Shown: in pieces, positions 47,425 through 61,445 of the stretch
How positions within the stretch are numbered: position 1 is the stretch's first letter
Layout: every line of letters starts with the position of its first letter
Notes under the pieces: generated by a model
The model's database searches: none
The model's input: the letters and a program-made list of their open reading frames with translations, nothing else
Told to the model about the DNA's origin: nothing
Origin: the human T2T-CHM13v2.0 reference genome, Homo sapiens
DNA length: 64,000 nt
Direction: 5' to 3' (one strand)
NCBI RefSeq assembly: GCF_009914755.1
Contig: NC_060928.1
Translations under genes and position numbers: made by a program

Positions 47425-48425
47425 TAAACAGCTTTATTGAGATTCACATACCACACAATTCACCATTTTAAAGTGTACAATTCAATGGTTTTTAATATAT
47501 TAACAGAGTTGTGTATCTATCACCACAATCTATTTTAAAACATTTTATTATCCCCTCCCTGCCAAAAAAAAAAAAAACCCATACTCCTTAGCTATCACTC
47601 TCCCAATCCCTTCATCTCCCCTAGCTCTAGGCAAACACTACTTTCTGTCTTTGTAGACCTGCCTGTTGTAGACATTTCATATAAATGGAATCATAAAATA
47701 GGTGGTTCTTTGTGACTGGCTTCTTTCACTTAGCATAATATTTTCAAAGCTATGTTGTAGCATGAATCAGTACTTCAATTCTTTTCATTGCCAAATAATA
47801 TTCCATTATATAGATATACCAGATTTTATTTATCTATTGATCAGTTGGTGTACAAATGTGTTATTTCTACTTTTTGGCTATGATGAATAATGCTGCTATG
47901 AACATTCACGTACAAGTGCTTGGACGGACATATTCTCATGGGTGTATTGCTAGGATTAGAATTGCTGGATCATAACTGTTAGAAATTGTCAAATTGTTTT
48001 TCAAAGCAGTCATACATTTTACATTCCCACTAGCAGTATATCAGGGTTCCTGTTTCTCCACATTTTTGTGAACACTTGTTATTGTCTCTTTATTAAAACC
48101 ATTTGAGTGAGTGAGTGAGTGAGTGAATAGATATGGCGTGGTATTTAATTATGGTTTTCATTTGCATTTCCCTGGTGGCTAATAATATTGGGCATCTTTT
48201 CATGTACTTATTGGCTATTTATATATCTTCTTTGGAAAAAATGTTCAGTCAGATCCTTTGCCCATTTAAAAAACTGTGTTATTTGTCTTTTTCTTTTTGA
48301 GATCTAAGAGTTTTTTATACGTTCTAAATCCAAGTCCTTTATCAGATATGTGATTTGCAAAAATTTTCTCATTTTATGGGCTTTCTTTTCACCTTATGAT
48401 GTCCTCTGAAGCATAAAAGTTTTTA
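47425..48425 (-). mobile_element. L1MB-type 3' fragment
   Basis: cagctttattgag...ttaaagtgtacaattcaatgg...catataaatggaatcata. Confidence 0.85.
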
Positions 48426-48459
48426 TTTTTATTTTTTTATTTCACTATTGTTTATTTTC

Positions 48460-49064
48460 TTTTTTTTCTTCTTCTTTTTTCTTTTTTTGATTATTATTAT
48501 ACTTTAAGTTTTAGGGTACATGTGCACAATGTGCAGGTTAAGTACATATGTATACATGTGCCATGCTGGTGTGCTGCACCCATTAACTCATCATTTAGCA
48601 TTAGGTATATCTCCTAGTGCTATCCCTACCCCCTCCCCCCACCCCACAACAGTCCCCAGAATGTGATGTTCCCCTTTCTGTGTCCATGTGTTCTCATTGT
48701 TCAATTCCCATCTATGAGTGAGAACATGCGGTGTTTGGTTTTTCATCCTTGCGATAGTTTACTGAGAATGATGATTTCCAATTTCATCCATGTCCCTACA
48801 AAGGACATGAACTCATCATTTTTTATGGCTGCATAGTATTCCATGGTGTATATGTGCCACATTTTCTTAATCCAGTCTATCATTGTTGGACATTTGGGTT
48901 GGTTCCAAGTCTTTGCTGTTGTGAATAGTGCCGCAATAAACATACGTGTGCATGTGTCTTTATAGCAGTGTGATTTATAGTCCTCTGGGTATATACCCAG
49001 TAATGGGATGGCTGGGTCAAATGGTATTTCTAGTTCTAAATCCCTGAGGAATCGCCACACTGAC
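48460..49064 (-). mobile_element. 5'-truncated L1PA (PA3/4-like) 3' end
   Basis: ORF 48743-49060 is the ORF2p C-terminus; reverse-complement 3'UTR and T tail. Confidence 0.96.
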
Positions 49065-49324
49065 TAAATATTGTTAATGTGCAAGTGATCTATTTTATTT
49101 ATTTTTCTTGCTTGTGTAATAAACCATTGTCTAAGCCAAGGTCACAGTTATTTCAACAGTAAACAGAAAAAAAAAAGCTAGTAGAGAGAAAGTATAGGTA
49201 GTGGGTGAGATGCAGTTTTGGATAGCGAAAATCCCAAATTCCACTAGGGAAGGTTTACCTTAACTCAGATTAATTTAAACACACATTTTATTTTATGCCT
49301 ACAAGGCATTATTGAGTAGCACAG

Positions 49325-50535
49325 ATATATGTTATATATATATATGTTATGTTATATATATATATGTTATGTTATATATATTTATATATATGTTATGTTA
49401 TATATACTTATATATATGTTATGTTATATATATATATTTATATATATGTTATATATATATTTTTATATATGTTATGTTATATATATTTTTATATATGTTA
49501 TATATGTGTTATATATGTGTTATATATGTGATATATATGTGTTATATATGTGTTATATATGTGATATATATGTGATATATATATATATATGTCTGCAATA
49601 CAGAGCCAAAGAGCAAAACAAACAAGTATGGTTCTATCCTCCTAATCCATAGGACAAACATATATATATACATATATGTTAATATATGTATATATAAACA
49701 TATATAACATATATGTTATATATGTCGTATGTGTCATATACAACATATATGTGTCGTATGTGTCATATACAACATATATGTGTCGTATGTGTCATATACA
49801 ACATATATGTGTCGTATGTGTCATATACAACATATATGTGTCGTATGTGTCATATACAACATATGTGTCGTGTGTGTTATATATAACATATATGTGTCGT
49901 GTGTGTTATATATAACATATATGTGTCGTGTGTGTTGTATATAACATATATGTGTCGTGTGTGTTATATATAACACATATGTTTATATACGTTTATGTTT
50001 ATATATGTATATATACATATATGTTTATATTATATGTTTATATATGATAATATATAAATATATATAATATATGTTTATATATTATAATATAATATATGTT
50101 TATATATTATATGTTATATATAACATAGTTATATGAGAAAATATTAAAAACTTTTATATAAAACATGTATTGTTATATATGTTATATATAACATGTATTG
50201 TTATATGTTACATTTATGTTATATATAACATTTATATGTTACATTTATATGTTATATATAACATATATATAACATGTTATATAGCATATATATATGCTAT
50301 ATATATAACATATATAACATATGTTATATGACATATATAACATGTTATATATGACATATATAACATATAAACTATATATAGTTATGTTACATATAAACTA
50401 TATATAGTTATATGTTACATATAAACTAATATATGTTATATATATAAACTATATATAACTGTATATGTTATATATAGTTATATATGTTATATATATAACA
50501 TATATAGTTATATATAATAACATATATATATGTTA
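49325..50535. repeat. AT-rich micro/minisatellite array including a ~29-bp tandem unit (49720-49975)
   Basis: Units gtgtcgtatgtgtcatatacaacatatat and gtgtcgtgtgtgttatatataacatatat lie within (TA)/(ATATGTT)-rich sequence. Confidence 0.95.
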
Positions 50536-51799
50536 GGTTTTGTAAAACTGGGATTTGTGCTGGACTCTTTCAGGTATGTAGGATCTAGAGTGTAAGGGGA
50601 AAAAAAGCCCTTTCCAGATTAGTAAATAGCAGGAAAAAAAATCACACAGGAGAGAATGGGCATATTAAGGAACAGTGAGCTCAGGCAGGTTGGAACAGCA
50701 ACAATAAACCAGGATGTGGGAGAAGAAAGATGTTACAAAGCCTGAAAAAGGGTCTGCAATGCAGAGCCACAGAGCAAAACAAACTTAAGTATGGCTCTGT
50801 CCTCCTAATCCATAGGAAAAAACATAGTAACAGTAGTCTCTGCATAGTTATATAGGAGTCAGTGGGCATTTGCATATGGTTCTAGGAGACCTGTTCATTT
50901 ACAACAGAGAAAAAGAAAACCTGTAGCTAAGACTGAAGCAATCACAATACACCTCTCCAAGGTAACAAGAGTAGAGAGATATATGCAGATTGGAAATTAG
51001 AGCGTCATCCCCAATCCTCACAGAAAACAACAGTATTGTGCAAAATAGCTGGTAGTGTATGAAGTGTGGTTGAGGTAGAAGCCCAGACCAAGGTGTAGTG
51101 CTGTGACTGAGGAGTTCTCAAGGTGGTCCAGATGGCATCTCAGGGTGCTCCAGACCATGGAGTCTAGTGGACAATGTACTGAATTCTGATCCCCATGTGA
51201 TCATGGTGCTGAAGCTCGTGATGAGTCGCCTCCTGGCCACATCATATCTGTACAACATCTAGGGACCACTGATACCAACATGTACATGGACCGGGGAACA
51301 GAGAGGCAGAAGAAACAACCCACAGAAACTAATTGCGCTGACATAATATGGTTGGATGGAGCCATATCCTGAAGAATTTTGAAAAGCAGGCCAAGAAGGT
51401 GGAACTTAACTCAGGATTAAGAGGCCATTGTATCTTAACAATCCTAAAGGCACCATGCTAGGTTAGTAACATTATGGAAGCAGTGTCCAACAGTATTAAC
51501 TCGAAGTTTCATTCTGCTATTTCAAATTTTAATTATTCACTCTTAAATCCTCTTTAAAGTGACAATACCCTTTCCTGTAGCTCATGCATATTCCCCACCC
51601 TATTCATATTGGTTCTATTTCTTCAGTGGCCTATCTATTTCAGAGAAAATCACTCTACTCGCAAGCCCAAGAGCATATTTCTTACTTAAAAAGCCTGGTT
51701 ACACCAAAACTATAATGATATGAGAGAATTCCATTGATTCAAGGTCTCCAGAGTGTAAAAGACAGACTCTTTTGCTACAGCTGGCTGCTGCTTTTTATG

Positions 51800-52950
51800 G
51801 GATAACATACTTGGAAGCTTGAAAATTTCAACCATTATGTCCATCAACCCGTCTTCCCTCTGTACATCTGCCACAACATATCTGATAGTCAGCCAAAAGC
51901 ACTTCTACCTCTGACATTAGCAATGTTGACATCTCTGCCTATTAGAGAGAATTCCAGATTTTTTTCTCCCAAGTCAACTCCTCCCAAGTTTCATGATCTT
52001 AGGAAATGATATCATTTTCACCCATAGAGCAAGAAAAATACTTGGAAATTATCCTTGGCTACTCACTACCTTGTCATCTCACATTAAACCCATTACCAAG
52101 CGCATGTTGATCCTTTTTAAAAAAAAAAAAATCATAAGTCTGACCACCGTTTACTACAACTACCTCTATCTTCCTAGTCCACGCACCATCATCTCTCACC
52201 ATAGTTCCTGAAGTAGCCTTCAAACATGACCCGTTTCCATTCTCGCCCCGAGTGGAGAACACCGCTAGCTGTCTATCCAATACCCATGCTGCTCTTCTTT
52301 CTTACTAAAGTGGAACCCTTATTTTGCTCAAGAATACAAGGTGAACAGCTCAATACTTACCTTCTGAGCTGTGCTTGTAACTAAGGGTAGCCATTCCCAG
52401 TTCTGACCAAACAGAAATGATCAAAGTAATCCTGAATAGGACTTCCAAAGGAGCTTTTCAAAGGAACAGATTTAATCACCATACACTTTCAGTCCTTTTC
52501 TCTCCTTCTTTTGTCTGCCTGTAACATGGTCATGATATCCAAAAGTGAAACAGCCACATGGCAACCAAGAGATAAGACAACATACTCGACATAGTGCATA
52601 GGAAAATGGGAAAAGACTGGATCCTTAACATCACTGAGCCATTGCATCAGGCTTGGACTGGCAGCCTGCTCTCAGTTTTCTTATTGTGTGAGACAAATAA
52701 AGCCCTGGTTGTTTTAGGCAATGCTTGTATGGTTTTGTTTGGGGTTTTTTCACTCAAATGCATTCTTACTAAAGCCCTTTGCTCAAGTTTCCAGCAAACA
52801 ACCAATGTAAGCTTGGCAAAGAGCGTCTTACCATCAAATTTAGAAAAAATCCAAACTCTTTATGTGGCCCTGTATGGTCTGGTCCCTGCCTATCTTTCTG
52901 AACTCATCTTCTATCACTTTCCACTTTGATACACTAGCATTAGTGACAAT
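51800..52950 (+). mobile_element. L2 fragment interrupted by an old MLT1-type LTR (~52245-52775)
   Basis: L2 motifs on both sides; MLT1 3' motifs actgagccattgcatcag...gtgagacaaataaagccc. Confidence 0.65.
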
Positions 52951-53548
52951 AAAACAATGTATGTGATTATGAAGTAAAAGAGACTATCATAAGAACAGAA
53001 TCTATACTTTTCTTCTTTATCCCTCCTCCACTCATCTCCTAAAGGACCAACCTATTCCTGGATCCCCTATTCACATTCCAACAGTCTTAGTACCAATCTT
53101 TGCTCTCATTACTCATGTTGAATGAGATACAGGCATGACACAGGAGGAGTTCAACAGGACCTTTATGTCAATACCTAACCTTCTTTCCCTTGGCTCCCTC
53201 CACTTCCATAACTTCCCACTCCCCCAAGAACCTATCCACCTTGAGTGCGAAGTGCCTATAACTTGTCTTTTAGTTTCACTAATAGATCAGTTGCTTATTC
53301 AGTTTTTCAGCTTCCTATCTTTGGATTCATCCAAAAAATTCCTAAAATGACAGTCAGATGATACAACTCCTTATAAGTAGTTGAAGAATTGTCCTCACCA
53401 GGCTGCTAAGGCTACTTGTGAAACATATTTCTGCATTAGGATGAGTGCTCTGATGAGACTGAAACTTCAATCATCATATTAGTTTATCAAATATTGTAGG
53501 GAATGTTTAAATAAAATTGAGAGATTATTATATAATATGGTGAGCCTC

Positions 53549-53636
53549 GGCTAGATGTGATTTTGGGAGGCCGAGGCGGGAGGATCACTTGAAGCCAGGA
53601 GATCAACACCAGCCTGGGTGACAAAGCAAAACCCTG

Positions 53637-53692
<56 letters not shown>

Positions 53693-53779
53693 ATATATAT
53701 ATGTGTGTGTGTGTACCTGTGTGTATATATGTATATACATGTATGTGTATATGTGTATCTATGTACATGTGTGTATATA

Positions 53780-53812
<33 letters not shown>
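53549..53812 (+). mobile_element. Alu left monomer (FLAM/AluJ) followed by (TC)n and (TG/TA)n
   Basis: tttgggaggccgaggcgggaggatcacttgaagccaggag...accctgtctc. Confidence 0.85.
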
Positions 53813-53813
<1 letters not shown>

Positions 53814-53814
53814 C

Positions 53815-56800
53815 CACCACCTTCCGAGTTTGCATGTGCCCCTCTGTAGTCAATTCCCTACTCTTGCCCTCTGGGCCTTACTAACCACTAATTTGCTTTT
53901 CATCACTATTGGTTTGCCTTTTCTGGAATTTTATATACACGGGATTATACAGTATGTAGTATTCTGTATCTTACTTCTTTCACTTAGCAAAATGTTGTTG
54001 ATCACACATATTGTTGCATATGTCAGTAGTTCATTCATTTTAAAGCTGAGTAATATTTCATTGTCTGGCTATATCACTGTTGGTTTATCCATTTTCAGCT
54101 ATTGTGAATAGAACATCTTCAAGTATTTGACCTAATGGACATGTTTTCATTTTCCTTGGGCAATAAAGTGCTTTTTCTAAATATACAGTCCTATGCACGC
54201 CTATACTTGTAAAAAATTTTGTGCAAGTGCCCTGCAATAATATGGGTGCATCTACTCTCATAAATGTATGATATACAATTTTACAATAACAAGTGAATGG
54301 GTTAAGATGAAGCACAGTATTAGGATTGCATTAAAAATCATTTTAGAACTAATGCATTTTGACTGTTTCTTATCTGATGCTTATGCTTATATTACAGAAT
54401 GTGAATATTTGTTAGATTTAGCCTCAAAATATTCACAAGTATTCCTTTTTAAAAACATCTTATTTAGCTTAATTGCCTTACAATAAACTTCACATATTTA
54501 AAGTATAAAATTTGATAAATTTTGACATATGCATACACTCATAAAACCAGCACCACAAGCAGGATAACGAACATACCCATCACTCCCAAAATTGTGTTTG
54601 TGTCCCTGTATAATCTTCCTGCTTTTCCTCCCCACAGTGCCCAGGTAACCACTGGTTTGCTTTTGGTCAGTAGAGATTAATTTGCATTTCCTAGAGTTTT
54701 ATGTAAATTGAATCATACATATGTGTTTTTTTCTTGCAATTCTCTCACACTGTATAATTATTTTGAAATTCATTCATGTGGTTGCACATATCAATATTTC
54801 ATTCCTTTTAATTGCTGAAATATATTCCATTGTATGCATTTACCACACCATTAATTTGCTAATAAAGTTTTGGTCATTTCCAGTTTGGGGCTATCATAAC
54901 TAAAGCAGTTATGAACACTTATGTGCAAATCTTTGAGTGGACATATGCTTTCATTTAATAGATACCTATGGGTGGAATGACTGGGTCACATAGTACTTTT
55001 ACACTTAACCTTTTATGAAAGTGCCAAAATTTCCAAAATCGTTTTAACCATTTTCCGTTTCTACCAGCAGTGAATAAGAGTTCTAATTGTTTCATATCCC
55101 CACCAACATTTAAAGTGGTAAGGTTTTTATAAATTATAGCCATTCTAGTGGGTATGTAGTATGGGCTTAATTTGCATTTCCCTAACAACAAATTATGTTA
55201 ATCATCTCTTCCTGTGTTTGTATGACACCCATGTGTCTAAATACTTTCCTATTTTTCCTATTTTTCCTATTAGTATTGCACTGATGCCTTACTAATGAGT
55301 TATAAGAATTCTTTATATAGTCTAGAAATGAGGAAGTATTAATTCACTTTGTATTTCTATAAAGGAATTCCTGAGGCTGGATAACTTATAAAGGAAAGAG
55401 ATTTATTCTGGCCCATGGTTCTACAGACTGTACAAGAAGCAAGAAGCAGAGTGTCAACACCTGCTTTTGGTGTCGCCTCAGGAAGCTTACAATTAGGTTG
55501 AATGAAAAAGTGGGAGTAGGCATGTCACATAGAGAAAGAGAGAGAGAGAGAGGAAGAGAGAGAGGGGAGGATGTACCAGGCTCTTTCAACAACCACCTCT
55601 CCTGTTAACTCATTACTGTGAGGAGGGCACCAAACCATTCATGAGGGATCCACCCCCATGATCCAAACATTTCCCACTCTGCCCCATCTAAAACCATTAG
55701 GGATCACATTTCATCATGAGATGTGGAGGGGACAAATACTCAAGCTTTAGCAAGAGGCTTTGTCAGGTATATTGTTTACAAATACTTTATCCTTATTGCT
55801 GGCTTTTATTTCCATTTTTATCAATGTTTTCTGAGGAGTAAGGTTTTTACTTTTATTGAAGTCTAATTTATTGATTTGGTTCCTTTAAAAAATTTTTACC
55901 AAACTCAAAGCCACTGTGATTTTTCTCAACATTTTTTTTAGAGGTTTTAGAGTTTACCACTTACATTTAGATCTGTGATCCATCTGGAGTTAACTTTTTA
56001 ATACGGCAAGCTAAAGCTAATTTTTAAATTGTATTTATTATTTTGCGTATAGCTATCCATTGTTCCAGAACCACTTATTGAAAGGATTGCAATTTTCCCC
56101 CCCTTAAATTGCCTTGAAAACTTTGTGGAAATCAATTGACCATGAGTGGGGGAGTCTGGATGCTCCATTCTATTCCAAAGCTCTATGCCTATCTCTCTGC
56201 CATTAATTATCACACAGTTTTGATTACTATAGATTTATTATAAGTCTGTCCTGCAACCTTGAACTTTTTCAAAATTGTTTTGGCTTTTTCACGTAAAATT
56301 TTCATGTATATTTTAGGGTTTTTTAAAATCAATTTATACAAAAAAAAGACTTGAGATTTTGAGTGAAATTGCATTGCATATGTAAATTTGGGGAGAATTG
56401 GTATCTTAATAATTTTGAGTCTTTCAATGCATAAATACAGAATATTTCTTCATTTATTTAATTTTTCCTTAATTTCCCTCAGGAATATCTTACAGATTTC
56501 TGTGTGCATGTCTTACACATTTTTGTCAGATTTTTCACATTTTTGTGATATTAATTTAAAAATGATATTTTTTTCTTTTCAATTTCCATTTGTTCTTTGT
56601 CAGTACAGAGAAATACAACTGATTTTTATTTATTGCTCCTGAGACCTGCATCTTTGCTAAACTGACTTATTAGTTCTAATAGTTCAATAGCACTGGCCAG
56701 AAAATATTGAATGCAAGCGATGAGAGTGGGTATTCTTTTGGATCCCTGAGAAGACAGAAAGCATTCAATTTTTTTCAATAACTATAATATTAGCTGTGGT

Positions 56801-58070
56801 TTTTCATAAATGCCATTTATCAAGTTGAAGACATTCCATTATATTCCTAGTTTTCTAAAAGTTGTCATTACAAATGAATGTTGGATTTTATAAAATGTTT
56901 TCTTCTTCATCTATTGAAATTATCATTTTTTTTCTTTTTGGTTCTGTTAATATGGTCAATTTATATTGATCAGTTTTTTTAATGTTAAACAGAAGTCGCT
57001 GTCCTGCACTGCTTGATGTCCAATATTTGAAAACCATTGTTTCATATGTTTTGTCTGGTTACTCTATCTTGGCTACAAGTTAAAGTCTCTGGTATTTCTC
57101 TTTCAAGTCTCTGGTTCTTAGTTGCATTCCTCAGTCCCACACCCCAGTTGGTCACAAAATATAATCCTTTTTATTGCATTATAATTTTATATTATTAGAT
57201 TTCAATTAATCTGTTTTTTATCTTTGTTGAGGGTGGGCTCTTTGGGGGGAGGACTTAGACTTTTTTCTCTGTCATTTTGGGTAGATTCAATTGCTGTGTC
57301 TTCAAGATCACTAATCTTTTCTTCTACAGATTCTAATCTGTTGTTGTTCCTGTACAATGTATTTTTTAATCACCGATATTTTATATTTCATGTCTAAAAA
57401 TTTAATGAGCCTTTTTTATATCTTTCATATCTCTACCTTATAAGCTCAATCTTTATGTAACTTTTAAAATATGTGCAATATAGTTATATAACTATTTTAA
57501 TGTCTTTGTCTGCTAATTCTGTAATCTAGGTCATTTCTGAGTCAGTTTTGATTAATTGATTTTTCTCCTCATTAAGATTGTATTTCTTGCCAGGAAACTG
57601 TTTGATCCTTTGAGGCTTGCTTTTAAGTTCTATTAGACAGGACCAGTATGGTTGTTTCTTTCCCTGGCCTTGACTAGTTTTCTCACACACATGTGTTTCT
57701 CAATGTTGTTTCAGGGATAATACTCAGCTGAAGACTCAAGGAGAACCCACTGTCTGTTTCTGAAGCCATCTCCCTGTATTGCTGTGTTCAGATACCCTGT
57801 TTTATGAAGTCTAGCCTCATTGGCCCTACCTAATTCCCAGTGACACCTTTTCAATTCAGAGAGACTACTGGACTCCTTTTGTATTCCTCCTTGCAGTATT
57901 GCTGCCTGGAAATTTTTTCTAGACAGTAAGATGGGTTAACTGTGGGCTCCCCATGCACATTTCCTGTCTCTCAGGGATCACTGTCCTGCACTGCTTGATG
58001 TCCAATATTTGAAAACCGTTACTGTATATGTTTTGTCTGATTATTCCATCTTGGCTACAAGTTAAAGTCT
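53815..58070 (-). mobile_element. Cluster of old L1M (MB/MC-type) fragments, including an L1M 5' end at ~58070
   Basis: L1M 3'UTR and ORF2 motifs on minus; the minus strand at ~58045-58068 reads gactttaacttgtagccaagatgg (L1M 5' terminus with YY1 core). Confidence 0.7.
55335..55752 (-). mobile_element. MSTB-like MaLR solo LTR
   Basis: cctgaggctggataacttataaaggaaagag...ccattcatgagggatccacccccatgatccaaac. Confidence 0.88.
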
Positions 58071-60619
58071 CTTGTTATTTCTCTTTCAAATCTCTGGTTT
58101 TCCTTAGTTGAAAGTTATTTAGAAATTGAAAGGCAAGTGCTTAAGGGGGATAAAATAGTTACTATTTTATTATTTGTAGCTACCTATCTGTATACCATTA
58201 TTTTCTCATTACTATGCAATCAGAAAACAGAAATTGGTTGCTGATAAACTTTCATCTATAATGCCCAGTTTTAAATTTTGTTTGTCAAAATAATTTCATC
58301 ATTCTCAGTGAATTCTTTTATAAGTAAACATCAAAATTTGAACTTAAAAAAAACTCATTGTAGAAAAATGCAATTTTTATAGATTGGTGTTGTGTGAAAA
58401 ATTTTAAGTGAAAAGAAGGTTCTGATGCAAAAAAAAAAAGTTTGAAACAAATATTTTTGTTTAGGCAAAAATATTCATAGCTGTGTGTTAATACCTACAA
58501 AGATTTCCAAAGACACAAAGGAACAAAGCCCAGGTCAGAGTTCAAGTGACTATATGGGTGAGAAACCCTAAATGTCAACAACAAAAGAGAAAATTACTGC
58601 AGCTCATTATCTTTCAGTTATAAATATTCTTATCTCAAGAACTATGGGGTTGGAGAATCCTTGATATTAACAGTTCAGACTCTCCCATATCTTCACATAT
58701 TTAATTCTATAAAATGCAGGGCATGCTTGCCAGGGTTTAGAAAAATGTCAGAATATTCTTGATCTTCTGCAGGATTTCACTCACTTGGGCTACTATCCCA
58801 ATCTTTCTGCCATTGTTTTCAAGATAATCCTATATTACTAAAGACTTACTTAATTTTTGGCGAATTAACATTTGCCCCATACTCTGCATGACCTCTATAT
58901 CTACCAACAATGAAATGAACAGCATGAAATTATATACAGAATTTTATTTACAGTGTCAATAAATCTGCTATCTCCAGGAAATTCCTAACTACAAAATTAT
59001 TATCTAATTAAAAAGGGAAATTGCAAAAGCCTTCCTAATTCAGGTCATAATAAACCCAGAAATGAAGAGAACAATGGCAGTCCATTAAATATGTCGCCAG
59101 AAAAAAATAAAAATTCTTAGGTTCTTGGCTCCTTGGATTAAATGGCCCTAAAGCCTTTATTGTATTGTTGTGGGCTTATTTCTTCTTCTTTACTATAAAA
59201 AAAATTTATAAAACAACCCATCAATATATGAATAATTAAATTTCCATATGAAAGATTAATTTAAAAATAGGTTCATTGCTTATGACCATAGAAGAGCATT
59301 TTCTCAGATATGGAAATTGTGAAAGCCATATTTTTAAGATGTTAATTTAGAAATATGAAATCTAACTCTTCAACTATTTACATCAATTTATATACATTGT
59401 AAACTCTTAGTATGAAATATTTACAAAAAGCTTTCTTCATGACTTAATATAAGATCTTACAAAGACATGATATGTTATTCTAATAAAAATTATAAACAAT
59501 TTTCATAAGAAAATCTATAAAAGTTGAATCATGTATTCACAATGGAGAAACAAAATATAAAGTAAGCTAATGCATTTAAAGAATGAAATTAAAACTATAA
59601 GTAATTTAAAACCTAACACACAGAATGAATCAATTTTTTAAGGAATTTTTATCTTAAAACTTTTCTACTACCTCCTGATAAAGCAGTAATGCAAAGCCAA
59701 GGAGACTATAATACCACTATGAATGTAAGATTTTTAACACACGCTAATACAAGCTAAGAAAAAAAATTAAAATATATACCAGGATGATTAACAGATTATT
59801 TGCTGAAAGGTGCTAAACAAACTCCCATGGTGTTTAGTTCTCAAAAATGTCTAAAGCCATCAGTAAAGAAATTGTTGGAAATTAAACAAAACACATAGCT
59901 CAGAATCCCTTATGTGGTGTCATTGACGGCCCATAAAAATAAAAAAGAAGTGTGTGAGAGAATAAAATGAATTTGCCAGATGTGTTAAAATAACCTGGCA
60001 AAATAATTCCTCGTAGGGATTATAACCAATAGTTACCTGGAACATCTATATTTTCAGAAGAGAATTTTTGGAAAGCATTCATGAATAGAACTACATTTCT
60101 GGGGTCAAATAGCTTCTAGTGACTACTTTTGTATAACAGGTTTAACATCTCTATGTTTGTTTCTGATTTGAAAAGCACATACACCAATTCCAAGTGGAAT
60201 GAAGAATTTTTAAGTGCTTTAGGAAGGATTTGCATAGCAATAACTTTTAATATCTTGGAAAAATAAATTACTGATTTTTCCCAGGATCATCCATCATAAT
60301 CATAACTCATTCACAAGAAGTACCTAGACCAGTGCTCAGCACAAAGGAGACACTCAATAAATATGATTCCCTTCCCCTACCTACCTCTACTCCTCTATCA
60401 AACGCTATGCAGTGATTCCCCTCTGGTGCCTCAGGAACCCCAGCCATTGATGAGGTGAGATGAGGAGGAGGTCAAACAGGCTAAGCTTTTATATGAGCAG
60501 CTTCATTTGTATATCTGCCTTATATATTGGCATCCAGGTAAGAGTTTCTTTGAATCAAGGGTTCTAACTGCAGTAGAGGGAAGAAAGAAGATGATCTCTG
60601 TTCTTTAGAAGTGAAATTC

Positions 60620-61445
60620 TATCCTCAGCTTTCTCTTTCCAGGGTGATTACATTCCTCCTATAGCTTCAACTACCCCCTATACAATGATATCCAGCTCTT
60701 TATCTCAAGTCCTTCATCTCCATTTTCCCCAGAACCCAATCAGTCACAAAGTCCTGCAAATAATAAATATCTCTTACACCACTCCATTCTCTGCTTTGGT
60801 TCACTGATTTGGTTCAGACCCATATATCTTTTGGGTGAACTGGTGCAATGGAATCCTATTGGTCTCCAGCCTCCAGTTTATCAGTCACCTTTCATCCTCC
60901 AAACTGGAGCCAGAGTAATATTCCTAAATTACAAACAAGGTTGTGTCATTCTCTATGTCAATACTTCCCTGCCTCTCCTTCATCTACCACAGAATTAGAG
61001 AATACAAGTTCTATCATCTGCACAACTGCCTACCTTTTCTTTCTCATCTCCCTTTATATCCAGTTTTTCTTATATCTAGTAATTTCCGAATTTTGCCATA
61101 ATGTCTCATAATTGCAGTTTGTTTCCTCTGACTGGAATGATCTTTCCTCTTGTTTGTCTGAAAAAAAATTGGTTTCAACATTCAGCTGATGGGTCATATT
61201 CTCAGTAGGACTCTTTCTGACACTACCAATCAGTGTTGGTTACTACCTCTGCATTTCTAAAAGCTCTTTGAACAGAACTTGGTTATGTCATTTATCCTAG
61301 TAACATGATTTTTTCACTTGTTAGTACCACTTACTAGTCTAGAACCTGGAGGGGGTGTAACTGATTTATAGTTGTTTTTCTGTCTTCAGGACCTACACAA
61401 TGACTTGCCCATGGTAAGAGCTTCATTCATGGTTGTGGAACAAGT
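60620..61445 (+). mobile_element. L2 fragment
   Basis: gcttcaactacc, ccaatcagtcacaaagtcctg, cctattggtctcc motifs. Confidence 0.7.

Noticed and set aside
49720-49975. 29-bp repeats as a CRISPR-like array
   Set aside because: Head-to-tail units with no unique spacers, no cas genes and a eukaryotic context: a minisatellite.
51192-51213. REST/RE1 site (atggtgctgaa)
   Set aside because: Only a half site; the GGACAG half is absent.
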